Part shown: piece after piece, positions 50,330-64,000 of the stretch
Layout: every line of letters begins with the position of its first letter
Position numbering within the stretch: the first letter of the stretch is position 1
NCBI GenBank assembly: GCA_001643675.2
Contig: LSRY02000008.1
Span: forward strand, 1,116,001-1,180,000
Reading direction: 5' to 3'
Length of the DNA: 64,000 nucleotides
Origin: Monocercomonoides exilis PA203
Taxonomy: Eukaryota; Protista; Preaxostyla
The notes under the pieces: generated by a model
The model's input: only the letters and a program-made list of their open reading frames with translations
What the model was told of the DNA's origin: nothing
The model's database searches: none
Program-made: the position numbers and the translations under genes

Positions 50330-51408
50330 TAGAGAAGAAGAAGAAATAAAGTTGCTGTTGAAGATGGCCTCATATTCCAAAAAATGCTGCAATCAAATAG
50401 AACCAATGAAGGCAGGGGAAGGATGTTCATCATTGATTGAATGGCAAATGACAGTCTCGTTGTCTTTTCATATCGTTTCTTTGGTAGAGTTTCTCCACTG
50501 AGGCTGAAATAGGTGGTTGAGCAATGAATGTGGTGAAGAAACATGTAGAATTTCTTTGTAGAAGGACAATAATATGCTTGGAAGAAAATCATGTTCTGAG
50601 GCTCCAACAACGCTTCTTTGGAGAGAACGGAGAATTATTCAAAAGGATCAGTGAAAAATCATCAAGACTCAATCTGCAAAAAGGCTTGCGAAAAGCTTCA
50701 TCAGCTCAATCCATGATACGAATTGTTGCATTTTGCTCATTTTTGGAGACAAACAAATCGCTCTGTTCAAGTCAATGGAGAAATTGTGACAAGCAACCAA
50801 AAAATCGTCATCGGCTCAAGTCGGCAAAGGCATTGAAGAGAAAATATCCGATATATGCGAGGCCGTGTAACAATGCTCCGAGTATTCTCACTCCACGTGG
50901 TTTGTGAGAGATTCGGTTCCGCATTGTTTTGTAAAAAAAAAATAATAAATTCAAATTCAGCATCGGTTGTCGTCCAAAAAAAATAGTGCATGAATTCCAT
51001 GTGGCAGGATTCATGTTTGGCAACATGCAACCGGTATTTCGAGCAATCGCACTCAATCTTGAATGTTCATGAAAACATCTCGTTTCTTGTCGTTTCCCCT
51101 CCTTTCACACAAAATACAAATTGGAAAGATTCCGTGAAGCTGCTCATGCGCCAGACTCTGTTGGCGGACGCCCAGTAACTGCGAGTGTCTTTTTGTGGAA
51201 CAACTGCGGAAACAATGAGAATGAGGAAAGTTGGTGATTTAGATGCAAAACTGTTCATTGTTCGTGCCAAAAAAGACATGTCATTTTCGGTAATGAAGCA
51301 CCTGGCGAGCCTCTCCATTCTGCTCGCGATGTCACATCGTTGCTCAAGAAGTATTCGGTGTTTCTGGAGAAAAAAAATAAGTTTTGTTCTCACCAAATCA
51401 CATTCCAA
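50330..51408 (-). pseudogene. Degenerate hypothetical gene
   Basis: Higher-complexity protein-like ORF pieces with stops and frame changes. Family not recognised. Confidence 0.3.
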
Positions 51409-52406
51409 CTTATATTTCGATCAATAAATTCGAAAAAAATGATTCATTCCACTTGAGTTGAACAAAAAAATAAAGATAATAAATTATTTTTTTTTGTGAT
51501 TGTTGTTGATTGTTGTTTGGTTGCAAAAAGCGAGATTTGAATTGGTTTCTTTTGGGGAAAAAAATATGTTTGAAAAATACGAAATATTTATCATTTCAAG
51601 GAATTTGGACAAGAAAACAGTGCATCCACGAACAATGATATCAAAAACTCTTTGTCTGACTATTTTGTTGATTTGAACAAAAAAAATCATATTTTTCATT
51701 TTTTGATTTGAAAGTATAACAGTGATTCAGAAAATAAAACATTCTTCAAAAAGAAGAATAAAATGATTTGAATTAAAAAGGCAAAATCTATTTGATTTGA
51801 ATGATTCATTGAACCGAGAACATATTTCCTGATAAAAATCCATTAGAAATTGAAATTTTGTACTCCGCCGAGTTCAGTCGAATTATCTCTTCAAGGTTGA
51901 AGCACTTTTTCATTTCAGTCAATGATATGGAGAATGAATGTCTGCCATAAATGGGGGAAAAGTGTGAAACTTCAATCGATTGCAATAAAAAAATACGAAT
52001 TGTGAATGAATTTTTTGTTTTCAATAAAAATACACTTAAAATAAAAATTGTTTGAAAAACACATATTTCTTGTTTCCAAACAATATTTTATCACAGTTCA
52101 TGTATTTAATAACAAACATGAAAAAGAAATTTATTCATAATTTCCAGCCAGAATGTTGAATTTATTTGGAGAAAAGAAGTTATGATGAATTGTGCAGAAA
52201 ATGTTTGAAAAACGAAAATTTTCCTGTATTCGGATATTTGTTTTGCACCTGAACTGATGACTGGAAATATTGGTGATTTCAACAAAAATGATTGTTTCAC
52301 AGAAAATGAAGATTTCCTTTGAAGGACTCAACACACATTCACCCATTTGTTATTCAAAAGAAAAAGTCAAACCAAACAGATTAATTCTTTTCATAATTTG
52401 GAGTGT

Positions 52407-52661
52407 GGGTGATTCTTTTTGATTTCATATTTTTCCTATCAAAATTTTCGAATTAACAATTTGTCGCAAACACTTAGAAATCTATCATATGTTTATATTG
52501 AAATCTTCAATGTGCTTCTCTATCTTTCTGTGATCACATGCATTTGGAAGATAATAATTTGAAAACATATTACGCTTTTTTGAAAATTCTTTTGCAAATA
52601 ACTGCGAATCAGAAAATTACACATACTCCAAAAAATGTCATGATTTTAAAAATAATCATCC
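52407..52661. mobile_element. Diverged 255-bp MITE related to 24277-24531
   Basis: GGGTGATTCTTTTTGATTTCATA...CATGATTTTAAAAATAATCATCC, the same length as the 24277 copy. TSD is degenerate (GTGT/ATAT). Confidence 0.65.
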
Positions 52662-53769
52662 ATATTCTCATTTGAATGCTTTCCTCAATTTCATCGTTTA
52701 TGTTTTAATTGAACCCTTGTGTTTCAGTTGAGCATTCGAAAAGCAGTGAAAAAAAGCAAAAACACTCAATACATAAAAATAATCTCAAACAAATCACAGA
52801 AAACATTTTCAACTCAATGAAAGATTCAGCCAGGTTTTTTGGGTGATTATTTTTGAAATCATGATTCTCATCCTGGATTGTCATTCAACAAAAATAACTC
52901 AATTCGAATGAATCCTCATCATTTCTTTTTGCTGAATGTTTTTATTAAAAGTTATTCTATTATGGACATAACTCAATAGATGATTTGAAAAAAAAAAAGA
53001 AAAAAAACGTTGGAAATATTTATTTTTCAAAAACAAAGTGATGAAATCTCATGAAGTCTGTAACAATAATTTTTATTCTGAAAATGTTTCAATATTTCAT
53101 TCTGTAGTTTTATCTTTTGTTATTTTTTTTCGTCCTTCTTTGAATTTACGTGTTTAAAAAATTTAAGAAACAAGAAACAAGTTTATAACTTTATTTTTTC
53201 CCATTGAAAACAGGAATAATTCATTGAAATATCTCTTCTTTGATAAAAAAAGGAATGAAAGATCACATTTGAAAATTCAATAAAACAAAAGAATAAAAAG
53301 AATAAAAAGGATAATGATTTAAACAAAAATACAAGAAATGAGATTATTCTGTTGAAGATGAACAAGATTATTTGACAAAGAATTCCAATCACATGCCTAT
53401 GTGTAATATTCACAAGATGATGAACATTTCATGAAAAAGAATAACTTGGGATATTTCTTTTTCAACAATCTTCTCTCTTTTCTTGAACTCAAAAAAAAGA
53501 CATTGAAGAGGTTTTTCTTCTTTCCTTCCTTTTTCATTTATTCTTAAAAATAACAAATATTTGAATTTTTGAAAAATTATTTCTTTTTTCTATCAAACAG
53601 AAAAATCCATAAAAATTATAATGAAATGAAAACAATATGCATCTGAAAACAAAACTCCAAATATTTAAATAAAAGAAATGTGCAAATCAAATCTTTTTTG
53701 TAATAAATATGTGTATTTTTTATTTAATATTTTACTCCATTTCTCATTTGACTAATTTGCTTCTAAACT

Positions 53770-55599
53770 CTATGAAAATATTACACTTCCATCAGATACC
53801 ACAACCACATTCGGCGAAGGACTTAAATTTGAGTTGCAATCAATTTTCATGTGCAATAAACCAAGGTGACCTGTTGAAACACTGAATAGCGTTCCTACCG
53901 ATGAAAGTGCTCCTGTTCCAATTGAACTCTTATCTTTGCCTCTCCCAATGACTGAAATCTTCTTCTCTCCAATATCAACTGTTGTTGTCTCGCTTGTGTG
54001 ATTCCCTTCCATCAGCGTGACTGATGAGCTCAGCTCTTCCAAGCCCGTCTCCACTGCATGTCCCACCGTCTGGCATGGAGCCGATTCGCCCATTCCACAC
54101 AGCCCACTCGAGTCGCTTCCATTTACCCCCACAAACAGAACCTTTGTCCAACCCTTCAGCCACACCTTTTTTGATGTTTGGTTATATGACCAAGCTTTTG
54201 CACTTGCATAATTGTATGCATAGCACACTCTCTGGTCATCTGTGTTTGTTGTGTAACACTCTTTGAACGGATTTCCTGTGCTCAAAAAAACATTGTTATA
54301 ATCTGCAAATTCTAAATCATGCCCATATGGATTGGATGCATCCCTGCATTTGCATTCATGAAAGAAAAGGAAAAAACAATAAATCTTATCATCTGGTGCA
54401 TTTTGTCTATCTGGATTAAAATGAAACCCTCCTCCATATCTCATTGCAGAGCATGAGATAAATTGAACGCTCCTCATTTTGAACTGGGGAACAATATTGA
54501 AACAGCACATGCCCCCACCGCAATCACCAGAAATTGTACAAGAAGAAAAGCTACAGTCAAACACACACGCGCTCTCTCCACCTCCATTCTCATCTCTAAC
54601 ACATCCTGTTCCTGAAACCTGAAAATTATCCAATCTCAACCCCCCTCCTTCTCTGTTTGCTTTACAATTCTGGAAGTCACATCTGCTGATCCGAACACAT
54701 GTTGAAATTCCATATGCATACATTCCTCCTCCATATTGATTTTGTGCTGTACAGGCATTGAACACATTATTTTCGATACGCACAGATTTGATTGTATGAC
54801 ACATAATCCCACCGCCTCTACAATATGCATAACAGTCGTTGAACGCGCAATGAGAAACTGTTAGTTCTCCATTTCCCTTGTTGTACATGTAAATAGCTCC
54901 TCCACTTGACACTCCATCAGTATACGAGTCACTTTCTCCTGTTGTCCTCGATCCGTTCCATTCACACCAAGTGAATGTGTTTGCTCCATTGAATGTTTCA
55001 TTCTGTCTGTCTGGTTTCAATGGAATCTCTGTTGTTCCTTCACATTTAACATTTCTTGTCCGATAACATCCCACAAACGAGGTGTTCGAGACAGTCAAAG
55101 AGGCAAAGGGGTTGTTGAGGGAAGGGACAATCCCGCCATCATATGCATCGCAGACCGATGAAAATGAGCAACTGTTCATAAAACATGTGATTTGTGTTGA
55201 CATTGTGGTTGAAGGTGAGCATGCATCATTTGCTATTGAGATGTTGAAAAATATTAGTTTGAAGAAGGATATAAGGGGAATGGAAGGTGAAGAAAGGAAT
55301 GGGGCAGAAGATGAGATGAGAGATTTGCATATTGAAACGCTTCCTTCTCTTTTAATTTTTTTATCATGCACCTGTTTTGCATCTCCGCGCCATGTAACAG
55401 AATATTTCCAAAAGTCAGATCCTTTCACTATCTCTTCTGCTGCCTCTGAAAACCATGTTGTTAAAAATGGAAAAGCATCTTTTTTCTTCAACTCCGCTGA
55501 ACGGAAACAACATTCCAACATTCTTCCTCCTCTATTTCTTTGATAATCTCTTTTTCTCCCATTTCCATCTTCTGCCTTCTTTCCATATTCCATTCGCAT
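53770..55599 (-). pseudogene. Truncated N-terminal beta-helix module of the receptor family (open ORF)
   Basis: Collinear with the full gene from SSAPFLSSPSIPL to VVVVSDG, then stops. No signal exon, TM or kinase part. Confidence 0.82.
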
Positions 55600-55922
55600 T
55601 CATTGCTATCAAAGACTTCTGAAAAGACTCTAGCATCAACAGAAAAATAGAAGAGAATAAATGAAAAGGATATTATTGAAATATCAAAAACAAAATAACT
55701 TCAACAAATTAAAAAAAAAATACAATAAAATACAATAAAATACAATGTGGCAATAATTAGAATCTTTTCATAATTAACAATCTTCACACACCTCTTCATC
55801 TTTCGCTTTTCAAGATATTGTTCCTTTCTGTGAACGCACCCGCTGCCACATCTCCATCTTCCATCATTCAATCAACAACATTGCTTCTCTTTTGCTCCAA
55901 AAATTGCTGCTTATTTCCAATC

Positions 55923-57530
55923 TCAGCTTCGCTTGCACTCCAACAACTCACACAAAAAAAATCTTAAAAAAAATTGACGAGTATGATGAAGAAAGCGAAG
56001 AAGACGAAGAAGACGAAAATTGTTGAATAAAGGGAAAACAGCTCCTGTTCCAATCGAACTCTCCGTCCTCCCTTTCCCAATGACCGAAATCTCCTTTGTC
56101 CCAATCGCAATCGTTGTTGCCTCGCTTTTGTGATTCCCTTCCATCAGTGTGATTGTCAAGCTTATCTGCACCTCACACATCTCAAGCGCCTTCTTCACCG
56201 TTTTGCACGGATTTGACTCATTTGACCCGCATAGCTCATTCAGGTCATTCCCATTCACAGAAACATAGATCGTCTTGTCTTTCAGCCAATCCTTTTTCAT
56301 TGTTTGATCATATGTCCAAACACTTGCATTCGAGTAGTTGTATGCAAAGCAGATCCTCTTATCATCTGCATTCGTTGTGTAACATTCATAGAATGGATTT
56401 CCTGAATCCAAATACAGATTGTATGTATCTGCAAATTCAGCATCATGCCCACGTGGATTGGCTGCATCTCTGCAACTGCATTCATGAAAAAATAAGAAGA
56501 AGCAATATAATTTATTATCAGGTGCTGTTGCTCGATTTGGATGCAAACATAATCCCCCTCCCTCTTGCCGTGCTGAACATGAAATAAATTGGACGCTCCT
56601 CATTTTGAATTGTGTGGCAGGAATATTAACACAATACATGCCTCCACCAACAGTATTTGTGACTGAGCATGAAGTGAAACTGCAGTCAAACACACACGCA
56701 CTCTCCCCTTCTCCACTTTCTGTTGGAATGCATCCTGTTTCTGAAACCTGAAAATCATCCAGTCTCAAACCTCCTCCCCAGCCATTTGCAGAACATTTTT
56801 GAAATTCACATCCGCTGATCTGAACACATGATGAAATCGAATAAGCATGAATTCCGCCACCTGTATTTGCTTGTGCTGTGCAGCTGCTGAATGTGCTGTT
56901 CTCACACACAATTGTCTTGATCGCATGGCAAAATACACCTCCCCCATATGCGTCGGAATAGCAGTTGTTGAACTTGCAAAATAAAATAGATAACATTCCT
57001 TCTCCCAAATTGAACATGCATATCGCTCCCCCGCTCGATGTGCCATCTGCCCATGAATCGCCTTTTCCCGCTGTTTTCGACTCATCCCATTCGCACCAAG
57101 AGAATGTATTCGGTCCATTCTCTGTTATATTCTGTCTTCCTGGTTGTTTCTTATTTCCTGAAGTTCCAATATATTCAACATTCCTTGTCCGACAACATCC
57201 CACAAACGAGGTGTTTGAGACAGTCAGAGAAACCAAGGGGTTGTTGAGGGAATGAACAATCCCGCCATCATATGCATTGCAAACCGATGAAAATGAGCAA
57301 CTATTCATCAAACAAGTGGTTTGTGTTGACGTAGAGGTTGAAGGTGAGCATGCATCATTTGCTGTTGAGATGTTGAAAAATGATAATTTGGAGAGGGATA
57401 TTAGGGGTATAGAAGGTGATGAAAGAAATGCTGTTGAAGATGAGATAAGAGATTCGCATGTCGAAACACTTCCATCTTCGCCTCCTTCTCTTTCCCTTGC
57501 CTCTTGGTGAAATTTCACAAAATACCTCAA
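55923..57530 (-). pseudogene. Truncated N-terminal beta-helix module of the receptor family (open ORF)
   Basis: Collinear from FLSSPSIPL to ISVIGKGRTESSIGTGA, then unrelated sequence. Confidence 0.82.
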
Positions 57531-58899
57531 TATGGCCGTATCCCTTTTCCCATCTCTTTTGCCCCTTCTTCATCGTCTGCTTTCCCCATATCCCTTTTTC
57601 TTCTGTTGCAATCTTCTGCTTGTTTTCAAAAATCCTTTTTCTTTCATCGATTTTGAATGTTCGCGCAAAAGCTCCTGCTATCATTTAAAAAATATATTTA
57701 ATAAAACAAAAAAATTCAATATAAAATTAGAAATTAAACACAAAAGAAAAATATCAAAAATATGAAAAAACTAAAAATATATAAAATGAATTATGAAAAA
57801 TCAGTATCATATTCTTTTCTCAATCTTTCGCTTCAACATCCGCTTTTGTGTCTTTTTCTTTTCGAATTTTTGTCAAATTTCTCCTTCAACCATTTCTTCA
57901 ATTTCTCACATTCTCTCTTTTATCGCTTCCCCTCCTTCTTTTCAAAATACCTTTTCCATTTCGCAAATCCCATCTTTTCCATTCATTTCATATATTTTCT
58001 TTGATTAATTCCTCCGCACGCCCTAAAATTGTTTCAACTGTGTTTCCAAAAGTGCTCAAAAAGCCATCTTTTCTCAACCCTTGCGCTTTTATCCAATGAA
58101 GATATTCTTCCAAAAAGATCCTAAGCAATATTAAAGAAAATATATTGTAAAATTTTTGAAAAAATGTTATTTCTTTTATATGAAAAAAACATATATTCAT
58201 GCCTTTAACAATCTCCATTCTTCACTGTTTCTGTCTTTCTGTCTTTCTTCTTTCTTCTTTCTCCTTCTCCAGATTATTTTTCCTTTCTGCAAAAGCACCC
58301 ATTTCCCCCATCTCATTCTTCCGTCATTCAATCAACAGCTTTGCTTCTCTTCTGCTCCTCCAAAAATTCATCCCATTTCCGTCCTCCTGTTCTGCTTCCA
58401 CTCAAATTGCTCCTTCAACTTGTGTTTTCAAAAATAGGCGAGGACGACTGAGAAGAGGAAGAAGTTGAGAAGAATAATGAGACGATGATGGCCAAGAAGG
58501 GCAAATCGAAGGAAAAAATGAAATTGTCAAATTAAGAGGGGTAGATAATGGCGAAGATGGCGAAGAAGAATGATAGAAGAAGAAGAAGAGGAATAAGGCG
58601 AAGAAGGCGAAGAAGGCTTGGAGGAAAATGAAGAAGAATATTAGGAAGAAGAAGAGGAAGACAAATATGATAATGGATAAGTAGGATAAAATTATATTAA
58701 ATTTTAATTGTTGAGGAGATGCATTTGAAAATAATGACGAAGAAGAATTCGATGAAGGAAATGAAGGGGATGAAGATGAAGATGGAGATGGAGATGAAGA
58801 AGAAGATGATGACAGCAATGATGGCAATGACAAAGAAGAAGATGATAAAGATGGTGAATGCGATGTTATTGTCAAGTTTGAATACTATATATTTTCTGT

Positions 58900-59640
58900 C
58901 AGAAGATATTCTCAGCATCACAGTCTCGTTCTCTGCTCTTGTGAATAACGTTTCAATGATAGAAGGCTGAAGACAAAGGTCAAATGACTCAAAGTCCATT
59001 TTGCCTGTAATCCACTCCAAGCTTCTTGTATAACGCCAAACTTTCTGATTTTCTCGTATATTTGGTTCAAAAGCCAAGTAATCAAATCCAGTTCCATCGC
59101 TCCCCCCGGTCCATAAAAGCAATGTCTTGCCCTTCTTATTCCAAGAAATGCGCCTTGTTCTGCTCCAACTGCCTCCAATATCCTGTTTCAGTTATTTGCC
59201 CCAATCTCCCCAACAAAATTTTTCTGAAAATATCCCCGCCATCTTCAAAAAGGTTCCCTATTCGGGCAAATCTTTCAGATTTCCTTTATAGCTTTGAACA
59301 TTTTCCAATACCGTTGATTTCTGCTCCATTAAAATTCATTTTTCATCAAATTTCTATCCAGAGCATGTTGAGTCCATAATAAGAAGCATAAACATTCGTA
59401 ACAAAACACATCTAGGCTCTAGTAATATATTTGTAAGATAACATTTGGCTCCCTTCCTCTCTGTCTTGCTCTGCATGGAATAAATTGTCCATTTTTTATA
59501 AATCGTCTGAATCACGACTTTGGAGAGGTTACGGATGGAAATATCTTCACAACATATAGAACAATATAAAATACATACATTGAAAATTCTTCATTTCCAT
59601 CGAAAATATTGTTGCTCCACAGCATTCCATCAATAAATAT
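58900..59640 (-). pseudogene. Degenerate gene relic paralogous to 47133-47600
   Basis: Shares VLYVVKIFPSVTSPK with VLFVVKIFPSVSFPK at ~47350-47400. Multiple stops; function unknown. Confidence 0.4.
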
Positions 59641-61691
59641 GAACAATTTCATCTTCCATCAAGCGGATATTCTTTGTAATACCCAACCCTTTCACTAAAA
59701 ATATTTCACTTAGTCAACCTGTCTTTGTTTTAGCTTCTGAATCTGACCCCGTTGGCAGTTTCTGAGCATTTGGCATTTCTTGATCATGTTCCATAACGAA
59801 TTAGAGCCACAAAAGAAAAGAAAGTCCTACTCGATGTGCCGTGGCTGAACGGGCATATGAAGACAATGCGATTGTAAAAGGATGGATTTATGGTGTGGAG
59901 TGATGGGGTTGAGTTTTTGGAGGAGACAAGGTTTTGAGAGGGAAAGGAGCGATAAAAGAATGTTTTTTGTGGAAAAGAGGTGTTTTTGGGAGGTTTAAGA
60001 GGCAAAATGGATGCGTGGGAGATGGATAGGGATGGAGTTTGGGAGGGGTTATTTTTTCGATTTTTGTGAGTTGGAAGGTGTGGAAGTTGCGTTTATTATT
60101 TGAAAAATGGAATTTGTTGTGTTGAAGGTGGGGCGAGGAGGGAATAGAGGGGGAAAAGATGGGTGGAGTGAATGGAATATATTTTTTGGAGGTGAGGATT
60201 TGAGATGGAGAAGAAATGGGGAGGAGATGTGATTTTTTTCAAATGCAGGGAGAGAGAAGAGGGCTCATATGAGGCGGAGCAAGAGGGAGAGTATTTGCGA
60301 GTGAGTGTTTGATAAGAAGGAAAAGTGGGGTTGAAGAAGAAAAAAAAAAGAAAGAATATTTTTTTATCATTTTTTATTTTTTATTGAAAGGACCGTTTGG
60401 ACGCTCCTCTCATTTGCGGGGCAAGTGTTGGAGGCGGAGGCAGAGGAAGACAGGAAGAAGGAACATCAGCGCTGGCGCTTTGCATTGGAGGTGTGGAGGC
60501 AGAGGAAGATGAGGAGCTGATTATGGGAGGTGTTTTGCAATGGAAAGAGACAGAAAAAGGATGGAGATATTTATATTTTTTTGGTTGGAAGAAGGGGAAT
60601 GGGAGCTGGGGGGACAGGGATTGTGATATTTAGTGGGATAGTATTGCTGTTGTTTTGAGGGGAAATGGAGAGAAGAAGAAGAAGATTTGGGAAAGAGATG
60701 GGAAAGGATTCTTCAGATGGAATCTTCTTCATTGCTTGCATTTTTATGGAATGGAGTTTGTGGAGGTAATTCGAGAGGAAGCAGAACAGAGGATTGAGCT
60801 TTTGTTAATATTTAGGAGAAGTGGAAAAGAAACGTAGCCGGGATAAATGAATTTTGCTGACAGAAAGGAACGATATTTTGGGGAAAAAAAAGGAAATGAA
60901 GAAGAAAGGACGAATTAGAAAAAGTGTGTGAAGAAAATTCATTATAAAATAGTTTGTTATTATTTGTTTTGTTTTGTTTTTTAAAAATATCTTTCACATT
61001 TTTTTTTTACAAATTTGTATATTTTCTTAAATAAAAATTTCATGATATTTTTTATTTGATACATATTTTTATTCAGAATATTGAGTGAATTGCCGAAAGA
61101 TGCGCGGAAAGCCATCATATGTTGCCTGAGGGATGTCGATGGAGCGCAGACTGTTTATTCTTTTAATCCTTGCTTGAAGAATGAGCAGAAGATGGGAAGA
61201 AGAGATATTCTATATTTTTTTTTGGTTGAGGGCTGGATGGAGGAAGAAGGGAAGAGAAGAATGGTGAAAGTGAGGTTGAATGGGCAATGGAAGAGAGTGT
61301 GAAAACAACATATTATTTTTTTTTTTGGAATTGGATTTGAAAAGCGAAGGCGTGGTGTGGTGTGGTGCTTGGAGTGGATGATGTTGGGGTGAGAGTTAAT
61401 TGGAGAGAGGCAAACAGGGGATGAGGGGAGTGAAGGGAAATGAAGATTTGTGGAGGTATTTTATTCTTGTTTGTTCATTTTCTTCATGTTCCATTTTTTA
61501 TTTTTATTTGTATTTTTTTTGATTTGATTGATGTGTGATGCGATCAGGTGTTGCCAGAAGCGCTGGGGGAGCATGAAACATGGGATGTGGAAACACTGCT
61601 TTTTTTTCTGGGCATTCCTGGAAGAAATTGGGAGAAAACAGCAGCAGAAGAGTGTTTGGCAGAATGAGCCAGGCGGAAAAAACTGAAGAGA

Positions 61692-63256
61692 ATGGGAAAA
61701 GATATTTTTGTGGAATTTTTTATTTACAAAAATTTTTTTTGGAAGCAGCAGCAGATGAGGCAGGAAAATGGATACAGCTGCATTGGGATATTTTACGATA
61801 TGGCACAAAGGATCATGTGGCAAATAAGTGAAGGGAAAGGAAGAACTTCTGTGAATGAATTTCATTTCTCTTCTTTTTGCCAATTTTTCTCATCACCTTC
61901 TATTCCCCTTATATCCCTCTCCAAATTATCATTTTTCAACATCTCAACAGCAAATGATGCATGTTCACCTCAATCCGCTACGTCAACTCAAACCTCATGT
62001 TTGATGAGCAGCTGTTCATTCTCATCAGTTTGCGATGCATATGATGGCGGGATTGTTCCTTCTCTGAACAACCCCTTGGCTTCCTTAACAGCCTCAAACA
62101 CCTCATTTATTGGGTGTTGTCGAACAAGGAATGTTGTATGTGAAGGAAATGCAGATGGAAAGTTGACTCCAGGGAGACAAAATACAACGGATAATGGAGC
62201 AAACTCATTCATTTGGTGCGAATGGAGCGGATCGAAGACGACAGGAGAAAGTGACTCGTGGGCTGATGGAGTGTCAAGCGGAGGGGCAATCTGCATGTAC
62301 AATCAGTCATCTGCCACTGTTTCAGTTTCGCATTGTGTGTTTTGTGAGTGCGTTGCGCATTGGTGCGGTGGAGGTATTAATTGCTACAACATTAAATCAG
62401 TTGAGATTGTGAATAACACATTTGATTCATGTAATGCGCAAAATCGATATGGAGGGGGGATGTTCATTTATTTGATTTCATCGTGTGTTCGGATCAGCGG
62501 ATGTGAATTCCAGAATTGCAAAGCAAATAGCTATGGAGGAGGACTTTATCTAAATGATTTCAAGGTTTCAGTACAAGGATGCATTGAAGCAGAAAGTGGA
62601 GGAGGGGAGAGTGCGTGTGTGTTTGACTGCATTTTCACTTCATGCTCGGTCACAAGCACTGACGGAGGGGGCATGCGTTGTGTTAATATTCCTGCCACAC
62701 AATTCAAAATGAGGAGCGTCCAATTTATTTCATGCTCAGCAGCGGCGTATGGCGGAGGGTTGGAGCTGTATCCAAATCGAGCAACAGCGCCAAATGATGG
62801 ATTTTATTGTTTCTTCTTATTTTTCATGAATGCAAATGCAGAACAACCTCCAATCCATATGGGCATGATGCCTATTTTGTAGATGCATATAATTTGTATT
62901 TATCATCAATTAACCCGTTCTATGAATGCTACACGACAAATACAGATGATAAGAGAGTGTGCTATGCGTATAATCCATCAGGGACCTGGATATATGACCA
63001 AACATCAAAAAGGGATTGGCTGAAGGACAAGACGATCTATGTGTCAGCGAATGGAAATGATAATTTTGAGTTGTGTGGGGCAAATACAACATTTCCGTGT
63101 CAGACAGTGAAGAAGGCGTTTGAGATGTGTGAGATACAGATTAGCTTGACAATAACGCTGATGAACGGGAATCACACAAGCGAGGTGACAACAATTGAGA
63201 TTGGGACAAAGAAGATTTCAGTTATTGGAATGGGCAAAGAGAAGAAGAAAATCTGA
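61692..63256 (+). pseudogene. Truncated N-terminal beta-helix module of the receptor family, one frameshift at ~62820
   Basis: Collinear from SSPSIPL to KKISVIGMGKEK. A -1 frameshift in a T-run at CFFLFF/HECKC links ORFs 61692 and 62807. Confidence 0.82.
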
Positions 63257-64000
63257 TTGGAGGTGGATTTGTGTTGTTCATCCTTCTTCATCTTCTTCAT
63301 CTTCTTCATCTTCTTCATCTTCTTCATCTTCTTCATCTTCGCATTTTTTGTTATCTTTGTTTTTTTCTTTTTCTCTTCCTATTTTTTTTATTAACGAGAC
63401 ACATCTTCATCGAATTCTTCGCCTTTGACTTCTTCTTTGCCATATTCTATTTCATTATCATCTAATTCTTCTTCGCTTTTAAAAAGAAATCCATTGATTC
63501 TTTTCGTCATCTTTCTCTTTCTCTTTGCCATCATTAGCCTCTTATTTTTTTTTTTGTTTTGTTTTATTCAGGTTTTCGTTCCCCTTCTTTTTCATCTTCT
63601 TTTTCATCTAATTCAGAGATTTGGGATTTTGGAGTTCTTGGAGAAGAAGGAAATGTGAGGATTGGAAAGAGAAAATGTTTCAGGAGAAAAGGAAAGGAAT
63701 GAGATTGACAATGAGATTGGAATCAAAGGCGAAGAAGATGGATGAGGTGGAAGAAAGAATCAATATTAGAAGAAGAAGAAGAAAGAAAAAGTCAGTGAAG
63801 AGGAGCGAATGAAAAAGGCATGAGTTTTTATTTATCATAATAATAGCATCTTATCTTGTAATTTCTTTTCTTTCTTTTTTTTGTATATATATATTTATTT
63901 AAAAGAGATTAGGATTTTAGAAAAGGAGGGGAAGCGACAGAAGAAAGAGCGAAAAGCTGATGAGATGACAAAAGAGGGAGTCTGAAAAGAATTTGAGAAA

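Overview
AT-rich eukaryotic DNA with short GT-AG introns, the standard genetic code and GAA/TCT microsatellites. The gene families resemble those of oxymonad/metamonad protists (inference from recalled family motifs, not a search). The window is mostly mobile DNA plus relics of an expanded surface-receptor family. (1) A ~7-kb DNA transposon (2874-9859) has 513-bp terminal inverted repeats built from nested hairpins, with the central loop in the same orientation at both ends. Its single spliced gene encodes a Sola-like DDD transposase carrying a ~360-residue poly-Ser tract and a ubiquitin-specific protease (USP/C19) domain with intact catalytic motifs. A GC-rich, probably structured RNA lies just after the stop codon. 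(2) A 2-kb foldback element with an 8-bp TSD holds a captured host-gene fragment in its loop and a 255-bp MITE in one arm only. (3) Two near-identical inverted copies of a decayed 3.4-kb D5-like SF3 helicase element. (4) A 1.25-kb TA-flanked hairpin element with a perfectly homogenised inner tract. (5) One intact ~3000-aa beta-helix/TM/pseudokinase receptor gene and five truncated paralogous N-terminal cassettes. (6) The 3' end of a pogo-type DDE_1 transposon. No rRNA, tRNA or CRISPR array was recognised.
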